Notes: generated by a model from the sequence alone, not told the origin. DNA of 64,000 nt from Anaeramoeba ignava BMAN (GCA_028826165.1 JAPDFW010000094.1:186001-250000), one strand, 5' to 3'. Positions 1-14,032 are shown, counted from the stretch's first letter. Numbers and translations: made by a program.

Positions 1-3000
1 TATTTCCAAAGATTTAAGTAAAGTCAACAAGAAAAGTTGTTCTTTAGGTTGATTTAATGTAACTTTTCTAAATGTAACTGAACCAGAGCGCAATAAATTA
101 GGAGCAAAAACTAATGCTAAATTAGCAGGATTTGTTCCTGTTTGGTTCATTACTTCAGGTTCATTAAATTCTCTTAAAAATTTGATAATATAAATTAATG
201 TTGTTAATTGAACTGGTGTTAATTGCTTTAAAACTTCTTCTTCTTCTTCAATTTTTCCAGCAGAAGTAAGACATTGTTGACTAAATTTTAATTTTAATTT
301 TAATTTTAATTTTATTTTTAATTTTAATTTTAATTTTAATTTTAATTTCAATATTAATTTTAATTTTAATTTTAAATATAATTTTTAATTTTAATTTTAA
401 ATTTTAATTTTAATTTTAATTTAAATTTTGATTTTAATTTTAATTTTAATTTTGATTTTAATTTTAAAATTCAAATTATTTCCTAAAATGTACTAAAATT
501 TAAGAGGAATTAATGGTTCAGGAAGATCTCTGAAAAATTGTTTTAAAAGTGAAGCTGCATCATTTGGATCTTTAAAAGAATATGTATAAATTCCATGATC
601 AAATTGTGATTTTGCTGATGTCATTTCATCAGTTCTTCCAGGTGTTCTAAATATTCCTTGAGTTTTCATTCCTGAAAAAATAATTATTTAATTTAATTTT
701 AATTTTAATTTTAATTTTAATTTTAATTTTAATTTTAATTTTAATTTTAATTTTAATTTTAATTTTAATTTTAATTTTAATTTTATAAATGAATTTAATT
801 TTAATATTAATTATAATTTTAATTTTAATTTTAATTTTAAATAATTTTAATTTTAATTTTAAATTTTACCTCCTTTATCTTTAATTGCTTGACATAAAAA
901 TGGTATAATTTTTGGAATTAAAGTATCTGGATCAGTTGTTCTTTGAAACCACATTACTTCTTCAACAGAAACACCAAACAAAGCAACAGATTTTGAAGGA
1001 GCAGTCTAAAAAAAAAAGAAAAACATTAAAAAAAGAAAAAAATAATAAAATAATTCCAAAACTTACAGAAATATTTTCAATTAATTCATCTAAAGGCATT
1101 TGGAAATCATCTTTATTTGCTCTTAAATTACAAATTGTTATGAATTTTAACATGCAATATTGTGAAAGTTGTGATATTATTCTTTTTGATTTTTTTAAAT
1201 GAGATGCAATATGACTTTTCAAATAATTTTCACTTTCTTCAGAAGGTGGAAAAGTTGAACAAACTAAAGTTAATAATTGCCAGCATCTTCGTTGGATTTC
1301 ACTAAATTTTAATTTTAATTTTAATTTTAATTTTAATTTTAATTTTAATTTTAATTTTAATTTTAATTTTAATTTTAATTTAATTTTAATTTTAATTTTA
1401 ATTTTAATTTTAATTTTAATTTTAATTTTAATTTTAATTTCAATTTTAATTTTAATTTTAATTTTAATTTCAATTTTAATTTTAATTTTAATTTCAATTT
1501 TAATTTTAATTTTAAATTTTAATTTTAATTTTATAAATGAATTTTGATTTTGATTTTAATTTTAATTTTAATTTTAATTTTAATTTTAGATTTTGATTTT
1601 AATTTTAATTTTTTTTAATTTTTAATTTTTTGAATTTTAATTTTGATTTTAATTTTAATTTACATATCAGGTGCTTGTAATTGTTTCATAAGCTGAAAGT
1701 AAATTTCATCACGAATCTCAGGAAATTCAATTCCTTTTGCAAGTATTTTTTTTGCAAACTCAGGTTTTTCAATTGTTTTTTTTCCTTTTGCACCAATATA
1801 AATTAAAATATCTTTTTGTTTTTTGAAAAAGAATAAAATATAAAAATAAATTCAAAGAAAGAAAAAAAAAAGCAAAAAAAAAATGAATTACTCTTAAAAA
1901 CTTCATTAGCAGCACTTTTATGCTTGCTATTCTTTGATTCAGAAACAGCTAAAAGAACAGCTTTATTAATTCCTTTGGGTTCATATTTAATGAGATCACG
2001 ACCATCAACAGCTCGATTTTTTTTAGGAGGAGTAAAAAATTTTTGTGCAAATTCAATTAAATTATACTGTTTGTTTTCAAAAATTTCGTTTGAAATTTCA
2101 GGATATCCTTGAGAAGGAGGCCAAGAAGTAACTTCTTCAATTTCTTTTTTAGGTCTTTCTATTTGAGGCGATTGATTTTTTGAGTTTGATTTTGAGTTTG
2201 ATTTTATTTCTTTTTTAGTTTGTTTTTTTGATTTAGTTTCTTTTTTAGTTTCTTTTTTTGTTTTAGTTTCTTTTTCAGTTGGAATTGGTTCGTTGGGAAT
2301 TGGTGGTGGAATATTATCAAGACCAGTTAAAGGTGGTGGAATATTTTCCAAATTTGTGGTTAAAGGTGGTGGAATATTTTCTAAATTTGTAATTGGTGGT
2401 GGAAGATCATCCATTATTGGTGGAGGAAGATTGTCGAAACCAGTTAAAGGTGGTGGAATATCATCCATTATTGGCGGAGGAAGAGTTTCCAGTGTTGGTG
2501 GTTGTGGTTCTATAATTGGTGGTGGTGTTGGTTCTAATTGAACAACAGGCGGAGGCGTTGGTTGCTTTGTCGTATTTTTTGGTGGATTAGGTTGCATTTG
2601 AATTATTGGTGGTGTTGGTTTTTTTTCCAGTTTTGTTGATTTCGTTTCAACTGGAGGAGGTGTAGGTTGCATTTCAATAACTGGAGGAGGTGTTGGTTTC
2701 ATTTCAATAACTGGAGGAGGTGTAGGTTTCATTTCAACAACTGGAGGAGGTGTAGGTTTCATTTCAACAACTGGAGGAGGTGTAGGTTTCATTTCAACAA
2801 CTGGAGGTGGTGTTGGTTTCATTTCAACAACTGGAGGAGGTGTTGGTTTCATTTCAACAACTGGAGGAGGTGTTGGTTTCATTTCAACAACTGGAGGAGG
2901 TGTTGGTTTCATTTCAATAACTGGAGGAGGTGTTGGTTTCATTTCAATAACTGGAGGAGGTGTAGGTTGCATTTCAATAACTGGCGGAGGTGTTGGTTTC

Positions 3001-4793
3001 ATTTCAACAACTGGAGGAGGTGTTGGATTCTTTTTCTTTTGTTTTTAAATTGATTTGAATTTTGATTTGAATTTTGATTTGAATTTTGATTTGAATTTTG
3101 ATTTGAATTTTGATTTGAATTTTGATTTGAATTTTGATTTTAAATTGATTTAAATTTTGATTTTAATTTTGATTTTAATTTTGATTTTAATTTTGATTTA
3201 AATTTTGGTTTTAAATTTTGGTTTTAAATTTTGGTTTTGAAAATATGATAAATGTATTTTAAATAGTGTATATTTTTTCTCAATCGTTACTTTTGGTTGA
3301 GGTTTTGGAATTTCTGAGACTGTTTGACCAGTTTTTTTATTGAAATAAAAAGCTTCACCTGTAAATAAATCAAAACTTTCTATCCATTCATCCTTTTCTT
3401 GGTCATCTTGTTTTTCACTATCATTATCATCAGGATCAGAGAAAGTAAAATCATCTGAGGCTATAATATCCTCTATTTCCTCTTGTTCCTTTCTTTTTCT
3501 TTCTTCTTCTTCTCTTTTTATTCTTTCTTCTTCCTCTCTTTTTATTCTTTCTTGTTCTTCTTTTCTTCTTATTCTTTCTTCTTCTTCTCTTTTTATTCTT
3601 TCTTCTTCTTCTCTTCTTTTTCTTTCTTCTTCTTCTCTTCTTTTTCTTTCTTCTTCTTCTCTTCTTTTTCTTTCTTCTTTGAATTTTTTCTTTCTTTTCT
3701 TTTCTATTTTTTTTCTTTCTTCTTCTTCTTTCGTTTTCAATTTCTTTTTTTTTCTTTCTTTTCTATTTTCTATTTCTTCTTCTTTCTTCTATTGAATTCA
3801 AAATATTTCTTCTCTTTTTCTTTCTGGTTTTTGTTTTTTCTTAAAAATTTCAAACAAAAATGTTTAGTTTTTCTTTCTTTTCTTTCTTCTTTCTTTTCAA
3901 AAATTTTTTTTCAGTTTCTTTTTCTTTTTCTTTAAAAAATTTTCTTTTTTTCTTTTTCTTTTTTATTTCTTTATTTTATTTATTTCTTTTTTTCTTTTTT
4001 TCTTATTCTTCTTCTTTTTTTCTTTTTCTTTTTCGTTTTCTTCTTTCTTCTTCTTTCTTTCTTCTTTCTTCTTCCTTTTTTCTTTTTCTTCAAAAACATT
4101 CTAATATTTTCTTTTCTTTCTTCTTTTCTTAAAAAAAAGATCTTTTCTTTTCTTTTCTTCTTCTATTTTTCTTTTCAGGTGGTTTTCTTCTAGCACCTTT
4201 TTAATTCAGTAATAATGTTTTTCTTATTTGGATTTTTTTTCTTTCTTCTTCTTCTCTTTGAAAAATGAAAAATGAAAAATTTCTTCTAAAAATATGTTCT
4301 TTTTTTATTTCAAAAAGATACATTCTTTATTTTTCAAACAATTTTCAAATTTTTCTTTTTATTTTTCTTCTTCTTTTCTTCAAAGATTCTTTCAATCTTC
4401 TTCCTTTTAAAATTCTTTTTAAAAACAATTAAGTTTTTCTTTTATTTACTAAAAAGAAGAAACGAAAAATTTCAAAAATTTCAGTTAAAAATTAATTTTC
4501 TTCTTTCTTCTTCAAAAAGTTCATTTAAAAATTGATTTAATATTTGATTTTTCTTTCTTTAAGTTATTTAATTTCTTTTAATATTTGATTTTCTTCTTCT
4601 TCTCTTTTAATTTAATATTTAATTTATATTGCCTCTTTTTAAGATTTTTTCTTAAATTTTTGCAATATTTCATCTGGATCAATAAAATTCAAATTGGTTT
4701 TTTGATCCATGATTTGGGGGCGCCTGTTTGTGGATTTCATAGTAATAATGTTTCCTATGTATTTGGATCAAAATGTTTACTCCAACCTGACAT
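1..4793 (-). CDS. WW-WW / coiled coil / Pro-rich / MyTH4 / RhoGAP protein (ARHGAP39-like); 3' end runs off the window; 5' exon has frameshifts
   Basis: Exons ~4793-3291, ~3029-1892, 1811-1664, 1301-1067, 1005-870, 671-494, 280-<1 with GT-AG ends. WW (WIESFDLFTGEAFYFNKKTGQT), MyTH4 (IRDEIYFQLMKQL), RhoGAP Arg finger (GIFRTPG) and NLALVFAPNLLR. Start MSGWSKHFDPN is a disrupted first WW. Confidence 0.85.
2652..3027 (-). repeat. Coding 30-bp tandem repeat, (M[KQ]PTPPPV[VI]E) x ~12-13
   Basis: Unit atttcaacaactggaggaggtgttggtttc repeated in tandem. Confidence 0.95.
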
Positions 4794-5324
4794 TGAATAT
4801 AATTAGAAAAACAAAAATAATGAAAAATGAAAAAAATGAAAAATGAAAAAAATGAAAAATGAAAAAATAAAAACAAAAAAATATGTTCAAATTGCTTTTA
4901 AAATGTTAATTTCAAAAAGATACAAACAAAAAAATCTAATTATTTTTTTTAAAACAATTTTACAATCAAAAAAAATTCAAATAAAAAAAAGACGAAAAAA
5001 TTTTTTTTCTTTTTTATTTTTTTTAATTTAAAGGAGAAATTTTTCAATTAAAAATTAAATAAAAAAAAAAAAATAAAAAAAAAAGATTTGATCAAAAAAC
5101 AATCCAAAAAAATTAAAATTAAAATTAAAATTAAAATCAAAATTAAAATCAAAATTAAAATTAAAATTAAAATTAAAATTAAAAACAATTAAGTTTTTTT
5201 TCTTTTATTTACTAAAAGAAGAAACGAAAAAAATTTCAAAAAAAAAATTTCAGTTAAAAAATTAATTCAAAATTGAGTTGCAAAATTTATTTGAAAAAGT
5301 GTCAAAAAGTTCATTTAAAAATTG

Positions 5325-6040
5325 ATTTAATATTTGATTTAATATTTGATTAAATATTTGATTTAATATTTGATTTTAATATTTGATTTAATATTTGATT
5401 TAATATTTGATTTAATATTTGATTTAATATTTGATTTAAAATTTGATTTAATATTTGATTTAAATATTTGAATTTAAAATTTGATTTAAATTTGATTTTA
5501 ATATTTGATTTAAAATATTTAATTTAATATTTGATTTAAAAATTTGATTTATTTAAAATATTTATTTGATTTAATATTTGATTTAATATTTTTGATTTTT
5601 AATAATTTGATTTAATATTTGATTAAATATTTGATTTAATAAATATTTGATTTTAATATTTGATTTAATATTTGATTTTAATATTTGATTTAATAATTTA
5701 TTTTGATTTAATATTTGATTTAATATTTGATTTAATATTTGATTTAATATTTGATTTAAAATTTGATTTAATATTTGATTTAATATTTGATTTAATATTT
5801 GATTTAATATTTGATTTAATATTTGATTTAATATTTGATTAATATTTGATTTAAAATTTGATTTAATAATTTGATTTAATGATTTTTGATTTTTAATATT
5901 TGATTTAATATTTGATTTAAATATTTGATTAAATATTTGATTAAATATTTGATTTAATATTTCATTTAAAATTTGATTTAAAAATTGATTTAAAATTTGA
6001 TTTAAAATTTGATTTTAATATTTCATTTAATATTTGATTT
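5325..6040. repeat. Intergenic ~12-bp minisatellite (atttaatatttg)n
   Basis: Direct reading. Confidence 0.9.
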
Positions 6041-6053
6041 AAAGATCGGAAAA

Positions 6054-7577
6054 TTAAAGCTCCTTTTTTTCAATCTTATCTAAAGATAACAAAGAATTTG
6101 ATATGATAAAAGAAATGACATTTTCAGGAGTTCTTTGGGCAGTCAATCTTTGGAAAGGTTGAGATTTATCTTTTGGAAAAAAAAGAACAGTAGGCAAACT
6201 AACAACTTCAAGAGCAGGATCAAGATCATTTTTCATAACATTGAACTGACCGAAATTGATTCCGTTAACTTTATAAAAAGAAGAGGCAATTTGGGAGAAA
6301 ATGGGATTGAAAGATTTGCAATGAGAACAAGAATCTGACATGAACTCAACAACCCATTCTTCATCCGAACCAGTAACATAAAGAGGAAAGTTGTTTGCAG
6401 TGAGAATTCTAACGGCTCCATTGTTCTTTATGGGTTCTTTTTCGGATTTGACTTGAGGAGAGAGCTTATTTTCATAAAATTCAAACATCCACTCAATAAT
6501 TTCATTGATTTTCAACGCAATTTCATGACGTTGTTTTCTTTTGAAAGGAAATATTGTTCTTTCACTTGGATTGGTGACTATCAAATGGGGATAAATTACA
6601 ACAGCAGGATCAATCTTGAAAAACTCTGCCAAATTTTGACTCTTGTCGATATTATGGATGTAAAAAGGAATCGGATTTCTCAAAAAATAGTTATCTTTAA
6701 TTGGCGTTATTTTTTTCAGTTCTTGATTCAATTTTCTTAAGAAACTGCTTTGTTTCGGAATTTCTTTTTCGTGGCAGAAAAGAACCAAAACAGGCGTGTG
6801 AATGTTGAACAAATGCCTTGCGTAATTTGAGGATGTGAGCTCAGTGACAATCTGTTGTTTGTTTTTGTCGATGAATTTTAAAAGAGATTCAAACAAACTG
6901 TCAGAAGTTGATTTTTCTTTAATGGATTCAAATTGGTCAAAAAAAACGGGCGGCTCTCCTGGCTTGATAATTGCAATTGTGTTCTCCTTTTTCAGTTTAA
7001 CACTTTTCGCGACTGTCATGGAATCGAAGTATCCGAACCGCAACTCAAACTGAAGAAGCTTGGCGACTTTTTGGAGCGCCTCAAATTGGATCGAATTTGT
7101 TTTTTTAAAAAAACCGACAATTTTGACATCATTATTTGAAAAAAATTCCAGCTTGTTATCTCGTGTTATAAGAACCACTTTGGGGTCTTCCACCGTCGAT
7201 AGTTTCTCTGCCATATAATCCACGTTGCCTGGAACGCTGAACTCTCTATAATTGCCATCGATATAAATGAAAATTTGTTTTGGATAAGATGCTCCAATTT
7301 GTTTCACAGCTTGTGGATCCTCTGAAAAATCAATTTTGGCAACAGTAACATGCGGCACGCGCGATGAAAGTAGTGAGAGTATCTGTTCTAGTGCATCGCA
7401 TTCAAGGCAGTTTGGTGCTGTTATTAGAATTAGTGTGGGATTGTGTGTCTTCATAAATTGTTTTAGATTTGTGCTTGTCAACTTATTTTCAATTGGATTT
7501 CCATAATTTCTAACGGAAAATATTGAGATTAAAATTATAAAAATAACGAGATAAAATTTACTAGTTGACAAACTCAT
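6054..7577 (-). CDS. Protein disulfide isomerase-like ER protein (a-b-b'-a'), intronless
   Basis: Signal peptide, CLEC and CSHC CxxC motifs, LPTVLFFPK, C-terminal KKEL retrieval-like signal. Confidence 0.88.
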   Translation of the reverse strand: MSLSTSKFYLVIFIILISIFSVRNYGNPIENKLTSTNLKQFMKTHNPTLILITAPNCLECDALEQILSLLSSRVPHVTVAKIDFSEDPQAVKQIGASYPKQIFIYIDGNYREFSVPGNVDYMAEKLSTVEDPKVVLITRDNKLEFFSNNDVKIVGFFKKTNSIQFEALQKVAKLLQFELRFGYFDSMTVAKSVKLKKENTIAIIKPGEPPVFFDQFESIKEKSTSDSLFESLLKFIDKNKQQIVTELTSSNYARHLFNIHTPVLVLFCHEKEIPKQSSFLRKLNQELKKITPIKDNYFLRNPIPFYIHNIDKSQNLAEFFKIDPAVVIYPHLIVTNPSERTIFPFKRKQRHEIALKINEIIEWMFEFYENKLSPQVKSEKEPIKNNGAVRILTANNFPLYVTGSDEEWVVEFMSDSCSHCKSFNPIFSQIASSFYKVNGINFGQFNVMKNDLDPALEVVSLPTVLFFPKDKSQPFQRLTAQRTPENVISFIISNSLLSLDKIEKKEL

Positions 7578-7789
7578 TTAAAGCAAGAAAAAAAATAAAA
7601 AATAAAAATTAAAAAATAAAATTAAAAAAATTAATTAAAAAAAAAGGGAAAAAAAATTATTCTCCTTTTGTTTTTTTTGTTTTGTTTTTTTTTATTTAAA
7701 AAAAAATTTTTTTATTTTTTTAATTGACTCATCATTTTTCTTCTTTTTCTTTTTCTTTGTTTCATCATTTATCTCTTTTATTTACAAAA

Positions 7790-10700
7790 ATGTCAAGATT
7801 GAAGGGTAAAAAAATTGGTTTTATTGGTTCAGGAAACATGGCTGAAGCGCTTGCAAGAGGAGTTATTAATGCAAAATTAATAAAAGCTGAAGATGTTATG
7901 GGTTCTGATATTAGTAAACAAAATTCAATAAAATAAAAATTCAATTAAAATTCAATTAAAATTCAATTAAAATTAAATAAAAATTCAATTAAAATTCAAT
8001 AAAAATTCAATTAAAAAAATTAAAATTAAAAAAATCAATCAATCAATTAAAAAATAAAAATTCAATTAAAATTCAATAAAAATTCAATTAAAAAAATTAA
8101 AAATCAATTAAAAAATTAAAATTAAAAAAAATTAAAATTAAAATTAAAATTAAAAATTAAAAAAAAATTTTAAATTAAAAAATTAAATTAAAATTTAAAA
8201 TTAAAAATTAAAATTAAATTAAAATTAAATTAAAATTCAATTAAAATTAAAATTAAAATTCAAATAAAAATAAAAAATTAAAATTTAAAATTAAATTAAA
8301 AAAATTAAAATTAAAATTAAAATTAAAATAAAATTCGAATTAAAAATAAATTAAAATTAAATTAAAATTAAAATTAAAATTAAATTAAAATTAAATTAAA
8401 ATTAAATTAAAATTCAATTAAAAAATTAAATAAAAAATTAAAATTAAATTAAAATTAAATTAAAATTAAATTAAAATTAAATTAAAATTAAATTAAAATT
8501 AAATTAAAAAAATTAAAATTAAAATTAAAATTAAATTAAAATTAAATTTAAAATTAAATTAAAATTCAATTAAAAAAATTAAATTAAATTAAAAAATTAA
8601 AATTAAATTAAAATTAAATTAAAAATTAAAATTAAAAAAATAAATTAAATTAAAATTAAATTAAAAAATTTAAATTAAAAATTAAATAAAAATTAAAAAT
8701 TAAAATTAAATTAAAATTAAATTAAAAAAATTAAAATTAAATTAAAATTAAATTAAAATTAAAATTAAAATTAAAATTAAAATAAAAAAATTAAAATAAA
8801 AAAATAAAATTAAAATTAAATAAAAATTAAAATTAAAAAAAAAATTAAAAAATTAAAATTAAATTAAATAAAATTAAATTAAAATTAAATTAAAATTAAA
8901 TTAAAATTAAATTAAAAAAATTAAAATTAAATTAAAAAAAAATTAAAATTAAAAAAATTAAATTAAAATTAAAATTAAAATTAAAAATTAAATTAAAATT
9001 CAAAATTAAATTAAAAATTAAATAAAAATTAAAATTAAAATTAAAAATTAAATTAAAATTAAATTAAAATTAAATTAAAAAAATTAAAATAAAAATAAAT
9101 TAAAAATTTCGAATTAAAATTAAAAATTTAAAAATTCAATTAAAATTCAATTAAAAATTCAATTAAAATTAAATTAAAATTAAATTAAAATTAAAATAAA
9201 AAATAAAAATCAATAAAAATTAAATTAAAATTCAATTAAAATTCAATTAAAATTCAATTAAAAAAATAAAATTCAATAAAAATTAAAATTAAAATTCAAT
9301 TAAAATTAAAATTAAATTAAATTAAAAATTAAATAAAAAAATTAAATTAAAAAAATTAAAAATTAAATTAAAAAATTAAAAAATTAAAAAATTAAAATTA
9401 AAATTTAAATTAAAATTAAAAATTCAATTAAAAAAAATTAAAATTCAATTAAAATTAAAAAAAAAATTAAAATTAAAAAAATTAAATTAAAATTAAATAA
9501 AAAAATTAAATTAAAATTAAATTAAAAAATTAAAAAAATTAAAAATTAAAATTAAAATTAAAATTAAAATTAAATTAAAATTAAAAATAAAAAAATTAAA
9601 AAAATTTAAAAAAATTAAAAAATTAAAATAAAAAAATTAAAATTAAATCAAAAATTAAAATTAAAATTAAAATTAAAAAAAAAAAAATTAAAAAATTAAA
9701 AAAAAAATTAAATAAAAAATTAAATTTAAATTAAAATTAAAAATTCAAAAATTCAATAAAAATTCAATTAAAATTAAATTAAATTAAAATTCAATTAAAA
9801 ATTAAAATTTTTTAAATTAAAATTAAATTAAAATTAAATTAAAATTAAACTAAAATTCAATTTTCAAAATTGGAACAAAAATTCAATTAAAATTAAATTG
9901 GGTGGGAATTAAATTAAAATTGAATTAAAATTGTTCTTTAAAAACAATTAAAAAAAATTAAAATTAAATTAAAATTAAAAAAATTTTAGAACATCTTTAA
10001 ATTAAAACAATTAAAAAAATTAAAATTCAATTAAAATTAAATTAAAATTCAATTAAAATTAAAATAAAAAATTAAATTAAAATTAAAAAAATTAAAATTA
10101 AAAAAATTAAAATTAAATTAAAAAAATTAAAATTAAAATTAAAATTAAAATTAAAATTAAAAATTAAAATTAAATTAAAATTAAATTAAAAATTAAAATT
10201 TAAATTAAAAAAAATTTAAAAAAATTAAAAATCAAAAAATTAAAATTAAAATTAAAATTCATTTTGAAAATTAAATTAAAATTAAAATTAAAAAAAATTA
10301 AAAAAATTAAAATTAAAATTAAAATTAAAATTAAAATTCAAAAATTAAAATTAAAAATTTTCAATTAAAATTAAAATTAAAAAAATTAAAATTAAAATTA
10401 AAATTAAAATTAAATTAAAATTAAAATTAAAATTGTTCTTGAAATTCATTTTAAAAAATTAAAATTAAAATTTAAAATTAAAAAAATTAAAATTAAAATT
10501 AAATTAAAATTAAAATTAAAATTAAAATTAAAATTAAAATTAAAATTGAAATTAAAATTAAAATTAAAATTAAAATTCATTTTGAAAATAAAATTCATTT
10601 TGAAAATAAAATTCATTTTGAAAATAAAATTCATTTTGAAAATAAAATTCATTTTGGAATATAAAAAAGATTATTGTTACAATTATGGCAGGTAAAACAA

Positions 10701-11218
10701 TCGGATGGATTCAAGAACAAATCAAAGTACCAGCCCGAATTGTACGAGTCATGCCGAACACACCAGCTTTAATTGGAGAAGGAGCAGCAGGATTAGTTGC
10801 ATGCAAAGATGCAAAAGAAGGAGATTGCGAGACAATTTTAGAACTTATGCAATCAGTTGGAGTAGCAAAAATTTTTGAAAAAGAAGAAGATCTTGACGCT
10901 GTAACTGGATTAAGTGGAAGCGGACCTGCTTATGTATTCAGAATGATGGAAGCCATGATTGAAGGAGCTAAACAATCCGGTCTTGAAGAAGAAAAAGCAC
11001 TTAATTTAACAATCCAAACTGTCATTGGCGCAGGAATTCTCGCCCAAAAACGTCTTAAAGATAATATTAAACCTGATAAACTTCGTGAAATGGTCACTTC
11101 CCATAAAGGAACAACTGAGGCTGGCTTGAACTTCATGAAAGAACACAATTTCTTCGATGTTGTTCGTGATGCTGTTAAAACTGCTACTGCTCGTTCTAAA
11201 GAACTTGCTAAGATCTAA
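7790..11218 (+). CDS. proC: Pyrroline-5-carboxylate reductase; exons 7790-7913 and 10670-11218, middle exon(s) not recoverable
   Basis: KIGFIGSGNMAEA Rossmann motif; RVMPNTPALIG, DAVTGLSGSGPAY, VTSHKGTTEAG. Confidence 0.92.
7914..10669 (+). repeat. Intronic (aaatt/aaaatt)n low-complexity array, ~2.7 kb
   Basis: Lies between the GT at 7914 and the AG at 10669. Confidence 0.85.
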
Positions 11219-11518
11219 ATAAATTCTTTTGCAAAATGGCAAATTTTTGTTTTGCCTTCATTTTAGTTCTCAATTTTTTCAAAAAAAAAAAAACTTTTAA
11301 AAGCAGAAATTTTTCAAAAGAAACGGTTTTTTTTTCTTTCAAAGAATTTACTTTTTTTTTTCTTTCATCAATTCTATTTTGTTTCAACAAAAAAAAAAAC
11401 AAATTCAGATTTTAAAAGAATGAAACAATTCAAAAAACAAAATTAAAAACAAAATTGATTTGAACTTTTTCAATTAAATTTTTTAATTAATTTTAATTAA
11501 AAAAATTTAAATTAATTT

Positions 11519-14032
11519 TCAATGTGTTGGCATAAAAGGATCAGGAAAATCATCTTCACTTAATTCAATTTCTCCTGGTTCTTCTTTTTCTTTCTTTTGA
11601 TATTTTTTAGTATCAATTAAAATTGGAAATTTTTCAACTTCACTTAATAATTTAGAATTTGTATAAAAAGGAGGAGAAAGTTCTTTCCAAGAAAGATCTG
11701 ATTTTTCAAGATCCCAAGGATTAACACTTCTCATCCATTTAACACTTGATGCTATTGAACCAGTTTTTGGATTTCTTCTTGAATAATGAATTACTTGACA
11801 ATTATGGATTCGATTTCCTTTTTTTGCATTTTCTAAACTTAATTCTCGAAATCTAATTTGTGAAATTTGTTCAATCAAAACCATAAAAGTTGAAATGATT
11901 TCTCCATGTGAAACAATAATAACTTTTTTTTCACTGCATTCTTCTTTTAGAATACTTAAAATTCTATCTAAACGAAGACAAACAGTTGCAATAGATTCGC
12001 CTAAATTTTAAATTAAATTTTAAATAAATTTTAAATAAATTTTAAATAAATTTTGATTAAATTTTAAATAAATTTTAAATAAATTTTAAATAAATTTTAA
12101 ATAAATTTTAAATAAATTTTGATTAAATTTTAAATAAATTTTAAATAAATTTTAAATAAATTTTAAATAAATTTTGATTAAATTTTTATTAAATTTTAAA
12201 TAAATTTTAAATAAATTTTAAATAAATTTTAAATAAATTTTTAAATAAATTTTAAATAAATTTTAAATAAATTTTAAATAAATTTTAAATAAATTTTAAA
12301 TAAATTTTAAATAAATTTTAAATAAATTTTAAATAAATTTTGAATAAATTTTAAATAAATTTTGATTAAATTTTGATTAAATTTTAAATAAATTTTGATT
12401 AAATTTTAAATAAATTTTTAAATAAATTTTAATTAAATTTTAAATAAATTTAGATTAAATTTTTAAATAAATTTTGATTAAATTTTAAATTAAATTTTGG
12501 ATTAAATTTTAAATAAATTTTGATTAAATTTTAAATAAATTTTAAATAAATTTTAAATAAATTTTAAATAAATTTTAAATAAATTTTGATTAAATTTTTA
12601 ATTAAATTTTAAATAAATTTTGATTAAATTTTGATTAAATTTTGAATAAATTTTAATTAAATTTTAAATAAATTTTAATTAAATTTTAATTAAATTTTGA
12701 TTAAATTTTAAATAAATTTTAAATAAATTTTAAATAAATTTTAAATAGATTTTAAATAAATTTTAAATAAATTTTAAATAAATTTTAAATAAATTTTAAA
12801 TAAATTTTAAATAAATTTTAAATAAATTTTAATTAAATTTTAAATAAATTTTGATTAAATTTTGATTAAATTTTAAATAAATTTTAATTAAATTTTAAAT
12901 AAATTTTGATTAAATTTTGATTAAATTTTAAATAAATTTTGATTAAATTTTAAATAAATTTTAATTAAATTTTGATTAAATTTTAATTAAATTTTAATTA
13001 AATTTAGATTAAATTTTAATTAAATTTTGAATAAATTTTGATTAAATTTTGATTAAATTTTGAATAAATTTTTTTTGCTTTTTTTTATTGATGTTTTTTT
13101 TTAGACAAAATTCTTACCACTTGGAGGAGCAAAAAAAAATGAATCTCTTTCTCTTCTTTGCATTTGATGTTTGAATTTTTTCCATCTTTCTTCACTTGTA
13201 AGACCTTCAAATTGACCCCAATCTCTTTCTCGAAGATAAGTTGCAGTGTTCCATCTTGCATCAGGTAGATCTAAATAAGCTGCTGTTTCCATTGCTCGAA
13301 GATATTCACTTGTAAATGCTCGATCAAAATATGGTGAAATATTTTCCCGAATCCATTTTCCTGCAATTTTTGCTTGTTCTTTTCCTCTTTCTGTTAATCT
13401 CCATAAAGAAACTAAGAAATTAAAATTGATTTTGAAATTGAATTTAGAATTGAAATTAAAATTGAAATTAAAATTTAATTTGAATTTAGAATTTATTTAG
13501 AATTTATTTTGAATTTTGAATTTGAATTTATTTTGAAATTGAATTTAGAATTTAGAATTAATTTTGAATTTAGAATTTATTTTGAATTTAGAATTTATTT
13601 TGAAATTGAATTTGAATTTATTTTGAATTTATTTTGAAATTGAAATTAGAATTAAAATTGAATTTATTTTGAATTTAGAATTAATTTTAAAATTGAATTT
13701 ATTTTGAAATTAGAATTTATTTTGAATTTAGAATTTATTTTGAATTTAGAATTTAGAATTTAAATTCATTTGTGTTTTTTACCTGGACGCTTTAAAAATT
13801 CATCAGGAAATTTCTCTTTGGAATGACGGAAATAAAAATTTCCTTCACTTTCACCATGTCGAACAAAAACTAAATCAATAGGAAGTTTTTTTGTTGTTTC
13901 TTTTTTAAAAGGTAATTCTTGTTTATTAGAAGAAATTGAAAAATTAAATCCCAAATTATTTAAATTGAAATTTTGAAAAAAAGTTTTAATTGTATTTTCA
14001 ACTCTTTTTTCGTTAAAAATTAATTTAATCAT
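11519..14032 (-). CDS. Histidine phosphatase (phosphoglycerate mutase-like); exons 14032-13783, 13411-13118, 12000-11519
   Basis: LVFVRHGESEGN, LTERGKEQA, LRERDWG, PPSG|ES, IVSHG motifs; splice phases consistent. Confidence 0.9.
12001..13117 (-). repeat. Intron filled with 11-bp repeat (aaataaatttt on + strand)
   Basis: Direct reading. Confidence 0.9.

Noticed and set aside
2667-3053. + strand ORF (HFNNWRRCWF)n and other antisense ORFs over real genes
   Set aside because: Antisense shadows of coding repeats or genes on the opposite strand.
6054-7577. Horizontal transfer suggested by higher GC and lack of introns (also eIF2A, Kelch-BTB)
   Set aside because: These are typical eukaryotic proteins, and GC rises in the middle of long exons generally in this window.
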